64,000 nt of DNA from a bacterium (lineage in GTDB: Bacteria; SAR324; XYD2-FULL-50-16), in assembly GCA_024275165.1 (NCBI GenBank), contig JAJRZQ010000002.1, positions 76,679 to 140,678 of the forward strand, read 5' to 3'. A program made the translations under genes and the position numbers. A model generated the notes under the pieces. It worked only from the letters and a program-made list of their open reading frames with translations, did no database searches and had not been told where the DNA came from. Within the stretch, counting starts at the first letter, position 1, and each line of letters starts with the position of its first letter. Of the stretch, positions 9,645 through 19,470 are shown piece after piece.

Positions 9645-10211
9645 ACAAGCCGAGAAAAGCTAATCCAAGCCGCCCAAGACCTCTTGATCGAAAAGGCGGG
9701 GTTAGAGTTTACGGTGCGCGCGGTCGCGGCGAAGGCAGGGGTCAACCACGGCCTCATTCATCATTATTTTGCGGGAATCGAAGGCCTCATGTTGGAAGTG
9801 GTGGAACGCCTAACCCAAGAGGTCTATGCGAAGGTGCGAGAGGGGTTGCCCGCCACCAGGGATCGGGCTCTGCTCTTTACCCATCTAGTGAAGCAGGTGA
9901 GCCTCAACGGGAATTTTGCCCGTTTTTTATTGGCGGTAGCCCGTTTGAGCATCCAGATGCCCAAGGTAAAAGAAAAAATGATCGCCATCGCCAGCTTGCG
10001 GAGGCAGCAGTTTTCTCAGGTCTTGGGCTTGGGGCCTTTAGAAGATATGCAATTGGTGCAGGCCACCTTGTTGGGGAGCCTGCTTTTGTCTCAAGTGGAT
10101 CCGGAGATTAAACCGGAGAATATTCTCCAGACCTTGGCCGGACGAATGGAACAGGTCGAATTAAAGCTAAACCATCTTGAAGAGGGAACAGGGAATGAGA
10201 AGAAAAATTGA
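9630..10211 (+). CDS. TetR/AcrR family transcriptional regulator
   Basis: HTH region REKLIQAAQDLLIEKAGLEFTVRAVAAKAGVNHGLIHHYF; ATG at 9630 preferred over the ORF opening at 9597. Confidence 0.8.
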   Translation: MTKKKTSREKLIQAAQDLLIEKAGLEFTVRAVAAKAGVNHGLIHHYFAGIEGLMLEVVERLTQEVYAKVREGLPATRDRALLFTHLVKQVSLNGNFARFLLAVARLSIQMPKVKEKMIAIASLRRQQFSQVLGLGPLEDMQLVQATLLGSLLLSQVDPEIKPENILQTLAGRMEQVELKLNHLEEGTGNEKKN

Positions 10212-12588
10212 TTTGGGCTTTCGCGCTTACGCGGCTTTGGTGATTCGCTATAAATGGGCGAGTGTCTTATTGTTGCTCCTTCTGAGCGGTTTGATGTTAT
10301 CGGGGATGCCGAAGCTTCATTTCGACACGAGTACCGAGGGGTTTTTTCGCCCAGACGACCCCAACATGATTCGTTATGAGGCTTTTCGGGATCAGTTTGG
10401 CCGTGACGATATCGCTTTTATGCTTCTAGAGCCGAAAGAGGTTTTTTCTTCTTCTTTTTTAAAAACCCTACAGGCAATGCATCAAGAGATTGAGGAACGG
10501 CTACCCAATCTAGAGGATATCAACAGCTTGATCAACGCGCGCAAAACAGTGGGGAAAGAAGGCGCTCTCATCGTGGGGGATTTGCTCGAAGAGATGCCCC
10601 AAACCCCTGAAGAAATGGCGGATTTAAAAAATTATGTCCTCCATCAGCCTTTATATGAGAATTTTTTGATTTCAACCGATGCCAAGGTAACGGCGATTGC
10701 GATTCAAATGGGCACCTATAGCACCGAGGGGGTCGCGGTAGATAGCGATTTTGATTTAGACACGACCTCGCAAGCTCCCTCAGCGCAAAAACCCCTTTCG
10801 GATCATGAGATCACTCAGATTGTCAAGGTGCTGCATGAAATCAAGGAAAAGTATCAAGGCCCGGATTTACAGATTTATGTTACCGGAAGCCCGGTGGTGA
10901 CCGATTACCTGAAAGCGACCATGCAAAAAGACATGCCTCGCTTTTTGCTCAGCATGGTCGGTTTGATCGCGGTTTTTTTATTTTTGACCTTTCGTCGTTT
11001 TTCCGGGGTCTTGTTGCCTCTCTTAACGGTGCTTTTGAGTCTCGGGTATACTTTGGGGCTCATGGGGCACCTAGGGGTATCGGTAAAGCTGCCGACGATG
11101 ATTTTACCCAGTTTTATTCTCGCGGTGGGGATTGGTTCCAGTGTACATATTATGTCCATGTTTTATAAAGACTTTGTTAAGGAGAAGGGGAATAAGGAAA
11201 AGGCGATTCAAGATGCCTTGGAGCATTCCGGTTTGCCCGTTGCCATGACCAGCATTACCACCGCTGCGGGCTTGCTCTCTTTTGCCGGGGCGGATGTGGC
11301 CCCCATTGCGGATTTAGGCAGGGCCTCCAGCTTTGGGGTGATGGTGGCTTTGTTCATGACCATCACCTTGATCCCCAGTTTTTTGGCCATCTTGCCGGTG
11401 CGGAGCTTGAAGAAATCTGATTATAGCAATGAAGTGAGTACCGTAGACCGTATTTTGATGAAATTTGGGGACTGGTCTTACGACCACGCCGCCAAGGTCG
11501 TGGGGATCGCCGCCTTGATCGGACTGATGGCCGTGGCCGGTTTGTTTCGCCTGCAATTTAGTCACGATATCATGAAATGGTATCCGGAAGGTTCCGAGGT
11601 TCGCATTGCCAATGAAAAAATTGATCAAAGCCTAGGAGGGTCGGTCAATATAGAGATGGTTGTCGACGCGGGGAAGGAGAACGGGCAATATGATCCGGAG
11701 CTGCAAGTCGCCTTGGATGAGTTGGCCACCTATGCCTTGAATGTGACAAATAATCAGGGGAAAAGGGTCATCCATAAGACGACAAGCCTGTCGAGCATGT
11801 TAAAAGAGATCAATCAGGCGCTCCACGAAAACAAAAAAGAATTTTACGAGGTTCCCCCAGACCGAGAGATGATCGCTCAAGAGTTGCTGCTCTTTGAAAA
11901 CTCGGGGAGCGACGATATAGAAAATATTAGCGATAGTCTTTTTTCCAAATCGAGGTTTTCCGCCAAGTCGCAATGGCAGGACGCGGCAGGCTATCATATT
12001 GTCATTGAGCAGATTCGGACGAAGGCGAACGAGTTGATCGGCGACAAGGCTCAGGTCGGGTTCACGGGGCTGATGGTGCTTTTTGCCGAAACGGTTACCT
12101 TGATGATGAATACCATGATCCAAAGTTATCTCATTGCTTTTGCCTTGATCACCCTGTTGATGATTCTTTTGATTGGGCGGATTTCCACCGGCTTGTTGAG
12201 CATGATCCCGAATTTTTTCCCCATTTTGCTCACCTTGGGGCTCATGGGTTGGCTGGGGATTCCCTTAGATATGTTCACGCTTTTAATCGGCAGCATTGCC
12301 ATTGGGTTGGCGGTGGACGATACCATCCATTTTTTTCATAACTTTAGAAAGGTTTATGTGGAAACGGGGAGTGTCCGCCAAGCGATTGATACCACCTTGC
12401 TCACCGCGGGTAGGGCGATGTTGGTGACTTCGGTGGTGCTGACCTTGGGCTTTTTTATCTTTATGTTTGCCACCTTAAACAATTTATTTAGTTTTGGGCT
12501 CTTAACCGGTTTTACCTTGATTACCGCTTTTTTGGCGGACATTTTACTCGCGCCTGCTTTATTGACACTCACTCGGGGGAAAACCTGA
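10195..12588 (+). CDS. MMPL/RND-superfamily inner-membrane transporter (paralogue 1)
   Basis: ~800 aa, two blocks of 6 TM helices each preceded by large periplasmic loop, conserved GxGxDxxIH-like motif (AVGIGSSVHIM, AIGLAVDDTIHF); overlaps TetR stop. Confidence 0.8.
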   Translation: MRRKIDLGFRAYAALVIRYKWASVLLLLLLSGLMLSGMPKLHFDTSTEGFFRPDDPNMIRYEAFRDQFGRDDIAFMLLEPKEVFSSSFLKTLQAMHQEIEERLPNLEDINSLINARKTVGKEGALIVGDLLEEMPQTPEEMADLKNYVLHQPLYENFLISTDAKVTAIAIQMGTYSTEGVAVDSDFDLDTTSQAPSAQKPLSDHEITQIVKVLHEIKEKYQGPDLQIYVTGSPVVTDYLKATMQKDMPRFLLSMVGLIAVFLFLTFRRFSGVLLPLLTVLLSLGYTLGLMGHLGVSVKLPTMILPSFILAVGIGSSVHIMSMFYKDFVKEKGNKEKAIQDALEHSGLPVAMTSITTAAGLLSFAGADVAPIADLGRASSFGVMVALFMTITLIPSFLAILPVRSLKKSDYSNEVSTVDRILMKFGDWSYDHAAKVVGIAALIGLMAVAGLFRLQFSHDIMKWYPEGSEVRIANEKIDQSLGGSVNIEMVVDAGKENGQYDPELQVALDELATYALNVTNNQGKRVIHKTTSLSSMLKEINQALHENKKEFYEVPPDREMIAQELLLFENSGSDDIENISDSLFSKSRFSAKSQWQDAAGYHIVIEQIRTKANELIGDKAQVGFTGLMVLFAETVTLMMNTMIQSYLIAFALITLLMILLIGRISTGLLSMIPNFFPILLTLGLMGWLGIPLDMFTLLIGSIAIGLAVDDTIHFFHNFRKVYVETGSVRQAIDTTLLTAGRAMLVTSVVLTLGFFIFMFATLNNLFSFGLLTGFTLITAFLADILLAPALLTLTRGKT

Positions 12589-12605
12589 AATTAACTTGAC
12601 GGGTT

Positions 12606-12641
12606 TAGAGTAATTGCTCTAAGGCTAGAGCAATTACTCTA
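12606..12641 (+). promoter_or_regulatory. perfect 16-bp inverted repeat (hairpin/operator candidate) between the two MMPL genes
   Basis: tagagtaattgctcta-aggc-tagagcaattactcta. Confidence 0.5.
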
Positions 12642-12659
12642 ACTCGGTTTGAGGTTCCT

Positions 12660-15008
12660 ATGTCAAAATTCGTAAAAACTTGGGCAAATTTAGTGGTGGA
12701 AAAAAGAGGCTGGGTCATCGGCTTGACCCTGTTGTTGCTCTTTGCCTCCTTAGTGCCCATGAGAGGGCTCTATTTTGATAATTCCAACGAGATGTGGTTT
12801 GTCCAAGGCGACCCCGCCTTAACAGATTATGATGAACTGGTGGAAAAGTTCGGCGACAATGAATATGTCTTGGTGGGCATCGCCGCCAGGGAGGAAGACC
12901 CCGATATTTTTACCGCCCAAACATTTGACATCATTTATAAACTTACCGAGTTTTTGGAAAATCACAACTTTGTCACCAAGGTTCAATCTTTAACCAAGTA
13001 TCAGGTTATTCGGGGGGAAGACGATGAAATGGTGGTCGAGGATTTGGTTGCCGATAGCTTAGAAGATTTTGACGGCAGTGAGCAGGCGATGCAAAAGGCC
13101 CGCGAGATCATGGCCCATGAAACCTTGGCCCAGGGGCAGTTGATCACCAAGGACTTAAGGCATACCTTAATCAGCGCGCGAGCCGAGTATATTAAAGGCA
13201 GCACGGATCATCATGTGAAGCTGACCCGGGATTTAAAAAAGTTTATCGCGGAGCAAGAATTTGAAAAGTACGGTTATAAGATCTACTTGACCGGCACCCC
13301 TGTGGTCAATGAGGCCTTTTTTGCGGCCAGCATGGCAGACCAAAGTTTAAGCCTGCCCTTAATGTTCATTCTGATTATCGCTTTTTTGGTTTTTAGTTTT
13401 CGCACCCTGGCGGGGGCGACCTTGCCCCTTTTGGTGATTGTGGGTTCGGTGCTGCTCAGCGTGGCTTCCATCAGCTTGTTTGGCTGGGCCATGAATATGC
13501 TCAATGTGGTATTGCCCGTGATCTTAATGGCCGTAGGAATCGGGGATTCGGTGCATATTTTAATTGAGTTTTATCACTTTCGCAATCAAGGGGAAAATGC
13601 CAAAGAAGCGGCCAAAAAGGCCACGGAGATGCTTTTTGTCCCCTGTTTAAATACCAGCATCACCACCATGTTGGGTTTTTTGGCGATCAGCGTTTCAAAG
13701 TTGAGGCCCTTAAACGAGTTTGGGGTTGCCGCCTCCATTGGGGTCGGGATGGCGTTTATCTTGAGCGTAAGCATTTTGCCCGCTATCTTAAGTTTTTCTC
13801 AAGGCAAGGCGAATAAGGCTCGGCAAATCAGTGAAGATGGCTTCATCGCCCGGATGACCGATAGGCTGACCCATTATGTCTTTCGTCATCGCAAGGGGAT
13901 TGTGGGGGTTTGCCTGCTTTTGGTCGGGCTTTCGCTCTGGAGTGCCACCAGAATTGTCGTTGATTCCAACTTCATCAATTATTTTAAGGAAAAGAACGCA
14001 ACCCGACAAGATTTGGAATACTTTATCCAAGAGTATAACGGGGGGGTGTTTTTAGAATACATTTTCGATTCCGGTCGAAGCGCGAGCGAAGAAAAGAGTG
14101 GCGGTGCCTTAGAGCCGGCCTTGCTTACTCAAATCGACGCCTTTGCCACTTGGCTGAAACAACAACCCGAGGTGGGCAATACCTTCAGCATGGTGGATAT
14201 GCTCCAACAGATGAATCAGGCCATGCACGGCAATGATCCGGCTTATCGTATTCTGCCCGATTCTCGGCAGTTGGTTGCCCAGTACTTGCTGCTCTATTCC
14301 AACTCCGGCCCCGATGAAGACTTGTCGGACATGAAAACGGGAGACGAAAGGTATTTACGCCTCTCCCAGCGCTTGGATCATATGTCTTCAAATAAAATGC
14401 TGGGCTTTATAGAGCGAGTGAAGAAGAAGCTGGCAAGCGACTTCCCTCAATTGCAGGTGACCTTAACGGGGATGCCGGTACTCTATACCGATATGGACGC
14501 CTATATTCACAGTGGGATTATAAAATCCATGACCTTAGCGATTATCTCCATTGCCATCTGCTTTTTGGTGCTGTTGCGCTCCTTTAAGTATGGGGTTTTG
14601 GCGCTCATTCCCAGCCTGTTCCCGATTGTGTTGGCAGCGGGCTTGATGGGGGCGATGAGGGTGAACCTCAACTTTATCGCCATGGTGGTGGCTTCGGTTG
14701 CCTTTGGGATTGCCGTAGACAACTCGATCCATATTCTCAGCCGTTACATTAAACACCGCAAAAGGGAGGGGCGCGGCCGCTTTGACGCGATGGATACGGC
14801 GGTGAGCGAAACCGGTAGGGCCTTGGCCTTTACCACGATGATTCTCTTTTTTGGGTTCAGTATTTTAATGATTTCCACCTTTATCCCGAACATTTATTTG
14901 GGGTTTTTTACAGGGGTGATCTTGCTGATGGCGCTGATAGCCAGTTTGACCCTTTTGCCCGCGGTGATGTTCCTTTTTGGAGATTCCCCAGGCAAGAAGT
15001 CCTCTTAA
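12660..15008 (+). CDS. MMPL/RND-superfamily inner-membrane transporter (paralogue 2)
   Basis: 782 aa, same architecture as upstream paralogue (AVGIGDSVHIL, AFGIAVDNSIHIL). Confidence 0.8.
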   Translation: MSKFVKTWANLVVEKRGWVIGLTLLLLFASLVPMRGLYFDNSNEMWFVQGDPALTDYDELVEKFGDNEYVLVGIAAREEDPDIFTAQTFDIIYKLTEFLENHNFVTKVQSLTKYQVIRGEDDEMVVEDLVADSLEDFDGSEQAMQKAREIMAHETLAQGQLITKDLRHTLISARAEYIKGSTDHHVKLTRDLKKFIAEQEFEKYGYKIYLTGTPVVNEAFFAASMADQSLSLPLMFILIIAFLVFSFRTLAGATLPLLVIVGSVLLSVASISLFGWAMNMLNVVLPVILMAVGIGDSVHILIEFYHFRNQGENAKEAAKKATEMLFVPCLNTSITTMLGFLAISVSKLRPLNEFGVAASIGVGMAFILSVSILPAILSFSQGKANKARQISEDGFIARMTDRLTHYVFRHRKGIVGVCLLLVGLSLWSATRIVVDSNFINYFKEKNATRQDLEYFIQEYNGGVFLEYIFDSGRSASEEKSGGALEPALLTQIDAFATWLKQQPEVGNTFSMVDMLQQMNQAMHGNDPAYRILPDSRQLVAQYLLLYSNSGPDEDLSDMKTGDERYLRLSQRLDHMSSNKMLGFIERVKKKLASDFPQLQVTLTGMPVLYTDMDAYIHSGIIKSMTLAIISIAICFLVLLRSFKYGVLALIPSLFPIVLAAGLMGAMRVNLNFIAMVVASVAFGIAVDNSIHILSRYIKHRKREGRGRFDAMDTAVSETGRALAFTTMILFFGFSILMISTFIPNIYLGFFTGVILLMALIASLTLLPAVMFLFGDSPGKKSS

Positions 15009-15054
15009 ACCGCTTCTGAATTGATCAGAGGTTTTTTTAACCCTAACCACAAAG

Positions 15055-15870
15055 GTGATGATGAAGAGCAAATTCCTATTCTTTTTACTGGCCCTCGCTT
15101 TATGGGGGCTTTCGCCTCTTTATGCCTTGACCCCTACAGAGATTATTCACAAGGCGGACAAGTTGGATGATGGGGAAACCTCGATTAGTGAAATGACCAT
15201 GATCTTAATTGACTCCAGGGGGCAGCAACGAGTGAGGAAGATCAAAGGCTATCGGAAGGATTATGGGGAAGACAGCAAAAGCATCAGCTTTTTTTTAAGT
15301 CCCGCTGATGTGCGCAATACCGCTTTTTTAAGTTACGAGTACGATGATGTCAGCAAAGAAGACGATAATTGGCTCTATTTGCCCGCTCTGCGCAAGGTGA
15401 AACGCATTGCCAGTGGAAACAAAAAAGACAGTTTCATGGGAACCGATTTCACCTATCACGACATGAACGGTTTGGAAGTGGAAGAATGGGCATACAGTAT
15501 GGTCAAGGAGTCCGACACGGTGAACGGAAAGGATTGCTGGGTGATCGGCGCGGTTCCTCGCAAGGAGATCGCCAAGGCCGTGATCAAAGATACGAGCTAT
15601 GTCAAACGGGTGGTTTGGGTAAGAAAAGACAACTTCATGGCCGTACAGGCCAAAATCTGGATGAAAAAGGCCGGGAAGACTAAAATCATGAAGGCGAGCA
15701 AGATTGAGCGGATTCAAGGGATTTGGACCGCGCGGCAAGTGGAGATGAGTACCTTGGATCGTCGGGGCAGGCGCAGCCACTCCACGATTTTGAGGTTTGA
15801 CAACCTGCAATACAATAAAGGGGTGGGGGATGACATGTTCAACACCCAACGCATGGAGCGAGGTCTGTAA
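15055..15870 (+). CDS. LolA-like outer-membrane lipoprotein-sorting family periplasmic protein
   Basis: signal peptide MMMKSKFLFFLLALALWGLSPLYA, ~270 aa; family typically partnered with MMPL exporters. Confidence 0.55.
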   Translation: MMMKSKFLFFLLALALWGLSPLYALTPTEIIHKADKLDDGETSISEMTMILIDSRGQQRVRKIKGYRKDYGEDSKSISFFLSPADVRNTAFLSYEYDDVSKEDDNWLYLPALRKVKRIASGNKKDSFMGTDFTYHDMNGLEVEEWAYSMVKESDTVNGKDCWVIGAVPRKEIAKAVIKDTSYVKRVVWVRKDNFMAVQAKIWMKKAGKTKIMKASKIERIQGIWTARQVEMSTLDRRGRRSHSTILRFDNLQYNKGVGDDMFNTQRMERGL

Positions 15871-17309
15871 TGATCAAATGGTTTTGCTTGTTTTATTTGG
15901 TGGCTTTTTTGCCTACGGGCTTTGTGTCGGCTCAGGATTTCGCTGATTTGGATACGGGTTTTGACTTAAATACAGCGGTAGAAATTCAACCTTTAGAAGA
16001 GGTGGATGTTTTTGCTTCGAGTTCTTCTTTAGGCCAATTCTACGGCTTTGTGCGCGAAGAATGGGGCTACGCCCCACAAAAAAAAAGCAAGAATTGGGCG
16101 AAGCACCGCACGATCTTAAACCTCACCTATGATATCGCTTTAGGGGCGGATTGGAAAATACGGCTCAACGGCAACGCTTTTTACGATTTTGCCTATTCTT
16201 ATAACGGTAAGGAAAACTATACCCCAGAAACCTTAAAGACTTACGAAAGCGAGGTGGAGGCGAGGGATACCTTTATCGAAGGAGCGGTGAGCTCTTGGTT
16301 GAATGTGAGGGCCGGGCGGCAAATTATCGCCTGGGGGCAATCGGAAGTGTCGCAACTCAACGATCTGGCCAACCCTAGGGACTTGCGCGAATTGGGGGTG
16401 ATTGATATTGAAGACGCTCGGGTACAGGTGACGGCGGTCAAGTGGGCGGCGCTGCTTGGCGGCAGCGAGTTCAATCTGGTGACGATCCACGAGTTTCGCC
16501 CCGACAAAACACCGAGCGCGGGGAGCGAGTTTGATTTTTTAGCTCCCCTGCGGGCTCAGGCGAATATTTTGGACGCGCCCAAACCCGACCCTAAGATCGA
16601 GCTTTTGGCTCGTTGGTTCATCCCCTACAACGGGGGGGACTTGGCGTTTTACTATGGGGATGTTTACCAAGATCAGGCCACCCTGGCCTTTCATTCCTTT
16701 GACGCGAAAACCCAGTCCTTGACCTTGGAGTCGAATTACCTGCCCATTCAATCCATGGGGTTTGCGGCCAATCAGGTTTGGGGGGCCTGGCTCTTTCGTT
16801 TGGAGGCGGCAAAAAAGAAAGGGGTTCCGATCCAGCGCAGCGACCTCCAAACTCAACTTGCCCAGGGGCTGAAAACGACCCCGCCTCCCGCGGATTTGGT
16901 TTATGGGGCGGACTTGGGTCTGGTGGAAAGTTATGCCTTGAAGGAGCAGGTTCAATTGGCTTTGGGGGTTGAGTATTCGGGGTACAATGATGTTACTTTT
17001 TCTTTTGAGATCTCGGGAGATCAAATTTTGGATTATCAAGAGAACCTAAAAACTAAAAAATTCAACGGGATCAGCACCTTCATCTTGAGTCACCAGGCCT
17101 TTAACGACAACTTGACCACCCGTTTTTTATGGTTCCACTTTACAGACTCCAACGGAGAGCTGTACCGCTTAAGCTCAGATTACTCCATTATGGACGCGGT
17201 TTCTTTAGGAGGGGGCTTTGTCTATTATCAACCGATCAATGAGCAGAGCTTGCTCTACCCCTTTAAAGACAACAGCCGCTTGAATCTGACCGGAAAATAT
17301 AGCTTTTAA
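15870..17309 (+). CDS. outer-membrane beta-barrel protein (hypothetical)
   Basis: signal peptide, alternating amphipathic strands, C-terminal ...YSF aromatic terminus; start overlaps upstream stop. Confidence 0.55.
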   Translation: MIKWFCLFYLVAFLPTGFVSAQDFADLDTGFDLNTAVEIQPLEEVDVFASSSSLGQFYGFVREEWGYAPQKKSKNWAKHRTILNLTYDIALGADWKIRLNGNAFYDFAYSYNGKENYTPETLKTYESEVEARDTFIEGAVSSWLNVRAGRQIIAWGQSEVSQLNDLANPRDLRELGVIDIEDARVQVTAVKWAALLGGSEFNLVTIHEFRPDKTPSAGSEFDFLAPLRAQANILDAPKPDPKIELLARWFIPYNGGDLAFYYGDVYQDQATLAFHSFDAKTQSLTLESNYLPIQSMGFAANQVWGAWLFRLEAAKKKGVPIQRSDLQTQLAQGLKTTPPPADLVYGADLGLVESYALKEQVQLALGVEYSGYNDVTFSFEISGDQILDYQENLKTKKFNGISTFILSHQAFNDNLTTRFLWFHFTDSNGELYRLSSDYSIMDAVSLGGGFVYYQPINEQSLLYPFKDNSRLNLTGKYSF

Positions 17310-17884
17310 TGAACAATAAAGAAAAAATTCTACTCGCGGCCCTTGCGCTCTTTAACGAAAAAGGCACCAAGGGGGTCAGCACGAATCATATTGCCAAGGC
17401 AGCCGGGGTGAGCCCGGGAAACCTCTATTATTACTTTAAGAATAAAGAAGATATTATCTTAGAGATTTATAAAACGATGGTGATCGAGTTTGACTGTACG
17501 ATGGGCGATACTCGAGAGATCACCCTAGAGGGCTTAGAGCGGCATTTTGCCCAGATTATTGAGGTACAATGGCAGTTTTTGTTTCTCATGCGCGAGTCGC
17601 ATAGCTTAATTGAGCGAGATGAGCGGCTGAAGGCGATTTTTCAAGAACAGCAAGAAAGAAGATTAAAGGAAATCGCGGACGAGCTTTGCCAAGGCATCCA
17701 AGCGGGCTTGTTGCGGCCCTTGGCTGAAGAGGCGGTGCGGGAGTTGGCCGAAGTCTTGTGGATTGTCTCTTTGTTTTATATCCCCTTTGTCGCCAGTCGA
17801 GGGGAGGAAATCACCAAAGAGACGGTCACCACCAGTGTGGCCAGGATGCGCTCGCTGCTCAACCCCTACCTCATCTTGCCCTAA
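17309..17884 (+). CDS. TetR/AcrR family transcriptional regulator
   Basis: LAALALFNEKGTKGVSTNHIAKAAGVSPGNLYYYFKNKEDI; ATG overlaps stop of OMP gene (taATGa). Confidence 0.85.
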   Translation: MNNKEKILLAALALFNEKGTKGVSTNHIAKAAGVSPGNLYYYFKNKEDIILEIYKTMVIEFDCTMGDTREITLEGLERHFAQIIEVQWQFLFLMRESHSLIERDERLKAIFQEQQERRLKEIADELCQGIQAGLLRPLAEEAVRELAEVLWIVSLFYIPFVASRGEEITKETVTTSVARMRSLLNPYLILP

Positions 17885-17893
17885 GCGGTTTTT

Positions 17894-18958
17894 TTAGGGT
17901 TCCTTCTGCTCATCTACCCCCGCGCCGGCAAAGGTGGCCATGCCCTCGTAGAGGGCCAAGGCTTGATCCAACAAGAGGAGGGCCAGGGCGGCCCCGGTTC
18001 CTTCGCCCAAACGCAGGTCTAGGTGGAGCAAGGGCTTTACCCCTAAGGCCCGCAAGGCTTTGGGGTGCCCCCCTTCAGCCGAGGAGTGGGAAAAGAGCAA
18101 CCAGTCTTTGGTTTGCGGTTCGAGTTTGAGAGCGACTAAGGCCGCCGCGGCTGAAATAAAGCCATCGACCACCAGGGGAATTCCTTCTTTTGCCGCCCCT
18201 AGACAAATTCCGGTTAAAAGAGCGATTTCAAACCCGCCTAGGCGCTGCAGGTGATCTAAGGGTTGGCGCAATTGCGCCTGGTGGAGTGCCAGGGCCTTGG
18301 CGATGACCTGCTGCTTGCGCAGGACTCCGGCATCATCCAACCCGGTGCCCCGACCGGCGATCTCGCTGGGGGCCAGTCCCAAAAGTGAGCAATAGAGGGC
18401 CGCCGCCGGGGTCGAATTGCCGATTCCCATCTCTCCAATCGCTAAGATGTCCACCCCTTCTTGTTTGGAGGTAGCGGCTAAAGCGAGCCCTTCTTGGAGG
18501 GCGGCCAAGCAATCGGTAGAACTCATGGCAGGGCCTTGGGCTAAATTCGCGGTGCCTTTTTTGGTTTTTTTAATCAAGAGATTTGGGTGAGGGCTTAAGT
18601 CGTCGGCAACCCCGGCATCAATTAAAATAAGTTCCGCTTGCGCCTGCTTGGCCAAGACGCTGATCGCGGCGCCTCCGGCGAGCATGTTTTCTACCATTTG
18701 CCCGGTGACGCTGCTGGGGTAGGGGCTTACTCCTTCTTGGGTGACTCCGTGATCCCCCGCGGCGACAAGGATGCGCTTTTTTTTAGCCTGCGGTTGATCT
18801 GTGCCTTGGCAGGCTCCGAGCCATAAAACCAATTCTTCTAATTGGCCTAGGCTGCCTGGTGGTTTGGTGAGCTGGTTGAGTTTGTTGGAGACCGCTGTAC
18901 GAGAGGATGAGCTGGGGCGCGCGGCCCCGGAATAAAAGGAGCTGAGTTCTGGGTTCAT
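17894..18958 (-). CDS. cobT: nicotinate-nucleotide--dimethylbenzimidazole phosphoribosyltransferase
   Basis: EMGIGNSTPAAAL motif, ~350 aa. Confidence 0.9.
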   Translation of the reverse strand: MNPELSSFYSGAARPSSSSRTAVSNKLNQLTKPPGSLGQLEELVLWLGACQGTDQPQAKKKRILVAAGDHGVTQEGVSPYPSSVTGQMVENMLAGGAAISVLAKQAQAELILIDAGVADDLSPHPNLLIKKTKKGTANLAQGPAMSSTDCLAALQEGLALAATSKQEGVDILAIGEMGIGNSTPAAALYCSLLGLAPSEIAGRGTGLDDAGVLRKQQVIAKALALHQAQLRQPLDHLQRLGGFEIALLTGICLGAAKEGIPLVVDGFISAAAALVALKLEPQTKDWLLFSHSSAEGGHPKALRALGVKPLLHLDLRLGEGTGAALALLLLDQALALYEGMATFAGAGVDEQKEP

Positions 18959-19470
18959 TGGTTTTCCTTTAAGGTTAGGGGCAGACCCGAGACCATGAAG
19001 AGGACGCGGTCAGCCCGTTGGGCGATTTCTTGATTGAGCCGTCCCATTTCGTCACGAAATCGGCGGGATAGGGCTTCTGTGGGGACCAGGCCTAAGCCTA
19101 GCTCATTGGTTACAAAGATCAATTCCCCTGGCAGGGGCCGATTCAGCAGGCTCAAGAGGTCGTAAATCTCTTGTTTTCTGCGCTTTTCGGACTCTCCAAA
19201 AAGGTTGGAAAGCCAAAGGGTGAGGCAATCGACCAGTACCACGGCGCTTTTGGGGGCTGTGGCTTGTATGGCTTGGGCCAGGGCGAGGGGCTCTTCGATG
19301 ACATGCCAGTTGGCACCGCGCTCGGCTCGGTGCAAGGCGATGCGTTGGGCCATTTCTTCATCTAGGGCCTGGGCGGTGGCAATGAGGGTTTGGGGTTCTT
19401 TTCCTTGAGCCAGGTCTAGGGCTTTTTGGCTTTTGCCGGAACGGGCGCCCCCGGTGAGTAGAGTGATCAT
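18955..19470 (-). CDS. cobU: adenosylcobinamide kinase/adenosylcobinamide-phosphate guanylyltransferase
   Basis: P-loop LLTGGARSGKS; start taken at MITLLTGG (ORF opens at 19500). Confidence 0.85.
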   Translation of the reverse strand: MITLLTGGARSGKSQKALDLAQGKEPQTLIATAQALDEEMAQRIALHRAERGANWHVIEEPLALAQAIQATAPKSAVVLVDCLTLWLSNLFGESEKRRKQEIYDLLSLLNRPLPGELIFVTNELGLGLVPTEALSRRFRDEMGRLNQEIAQRADRVLFMVSGLPLTLKENQ

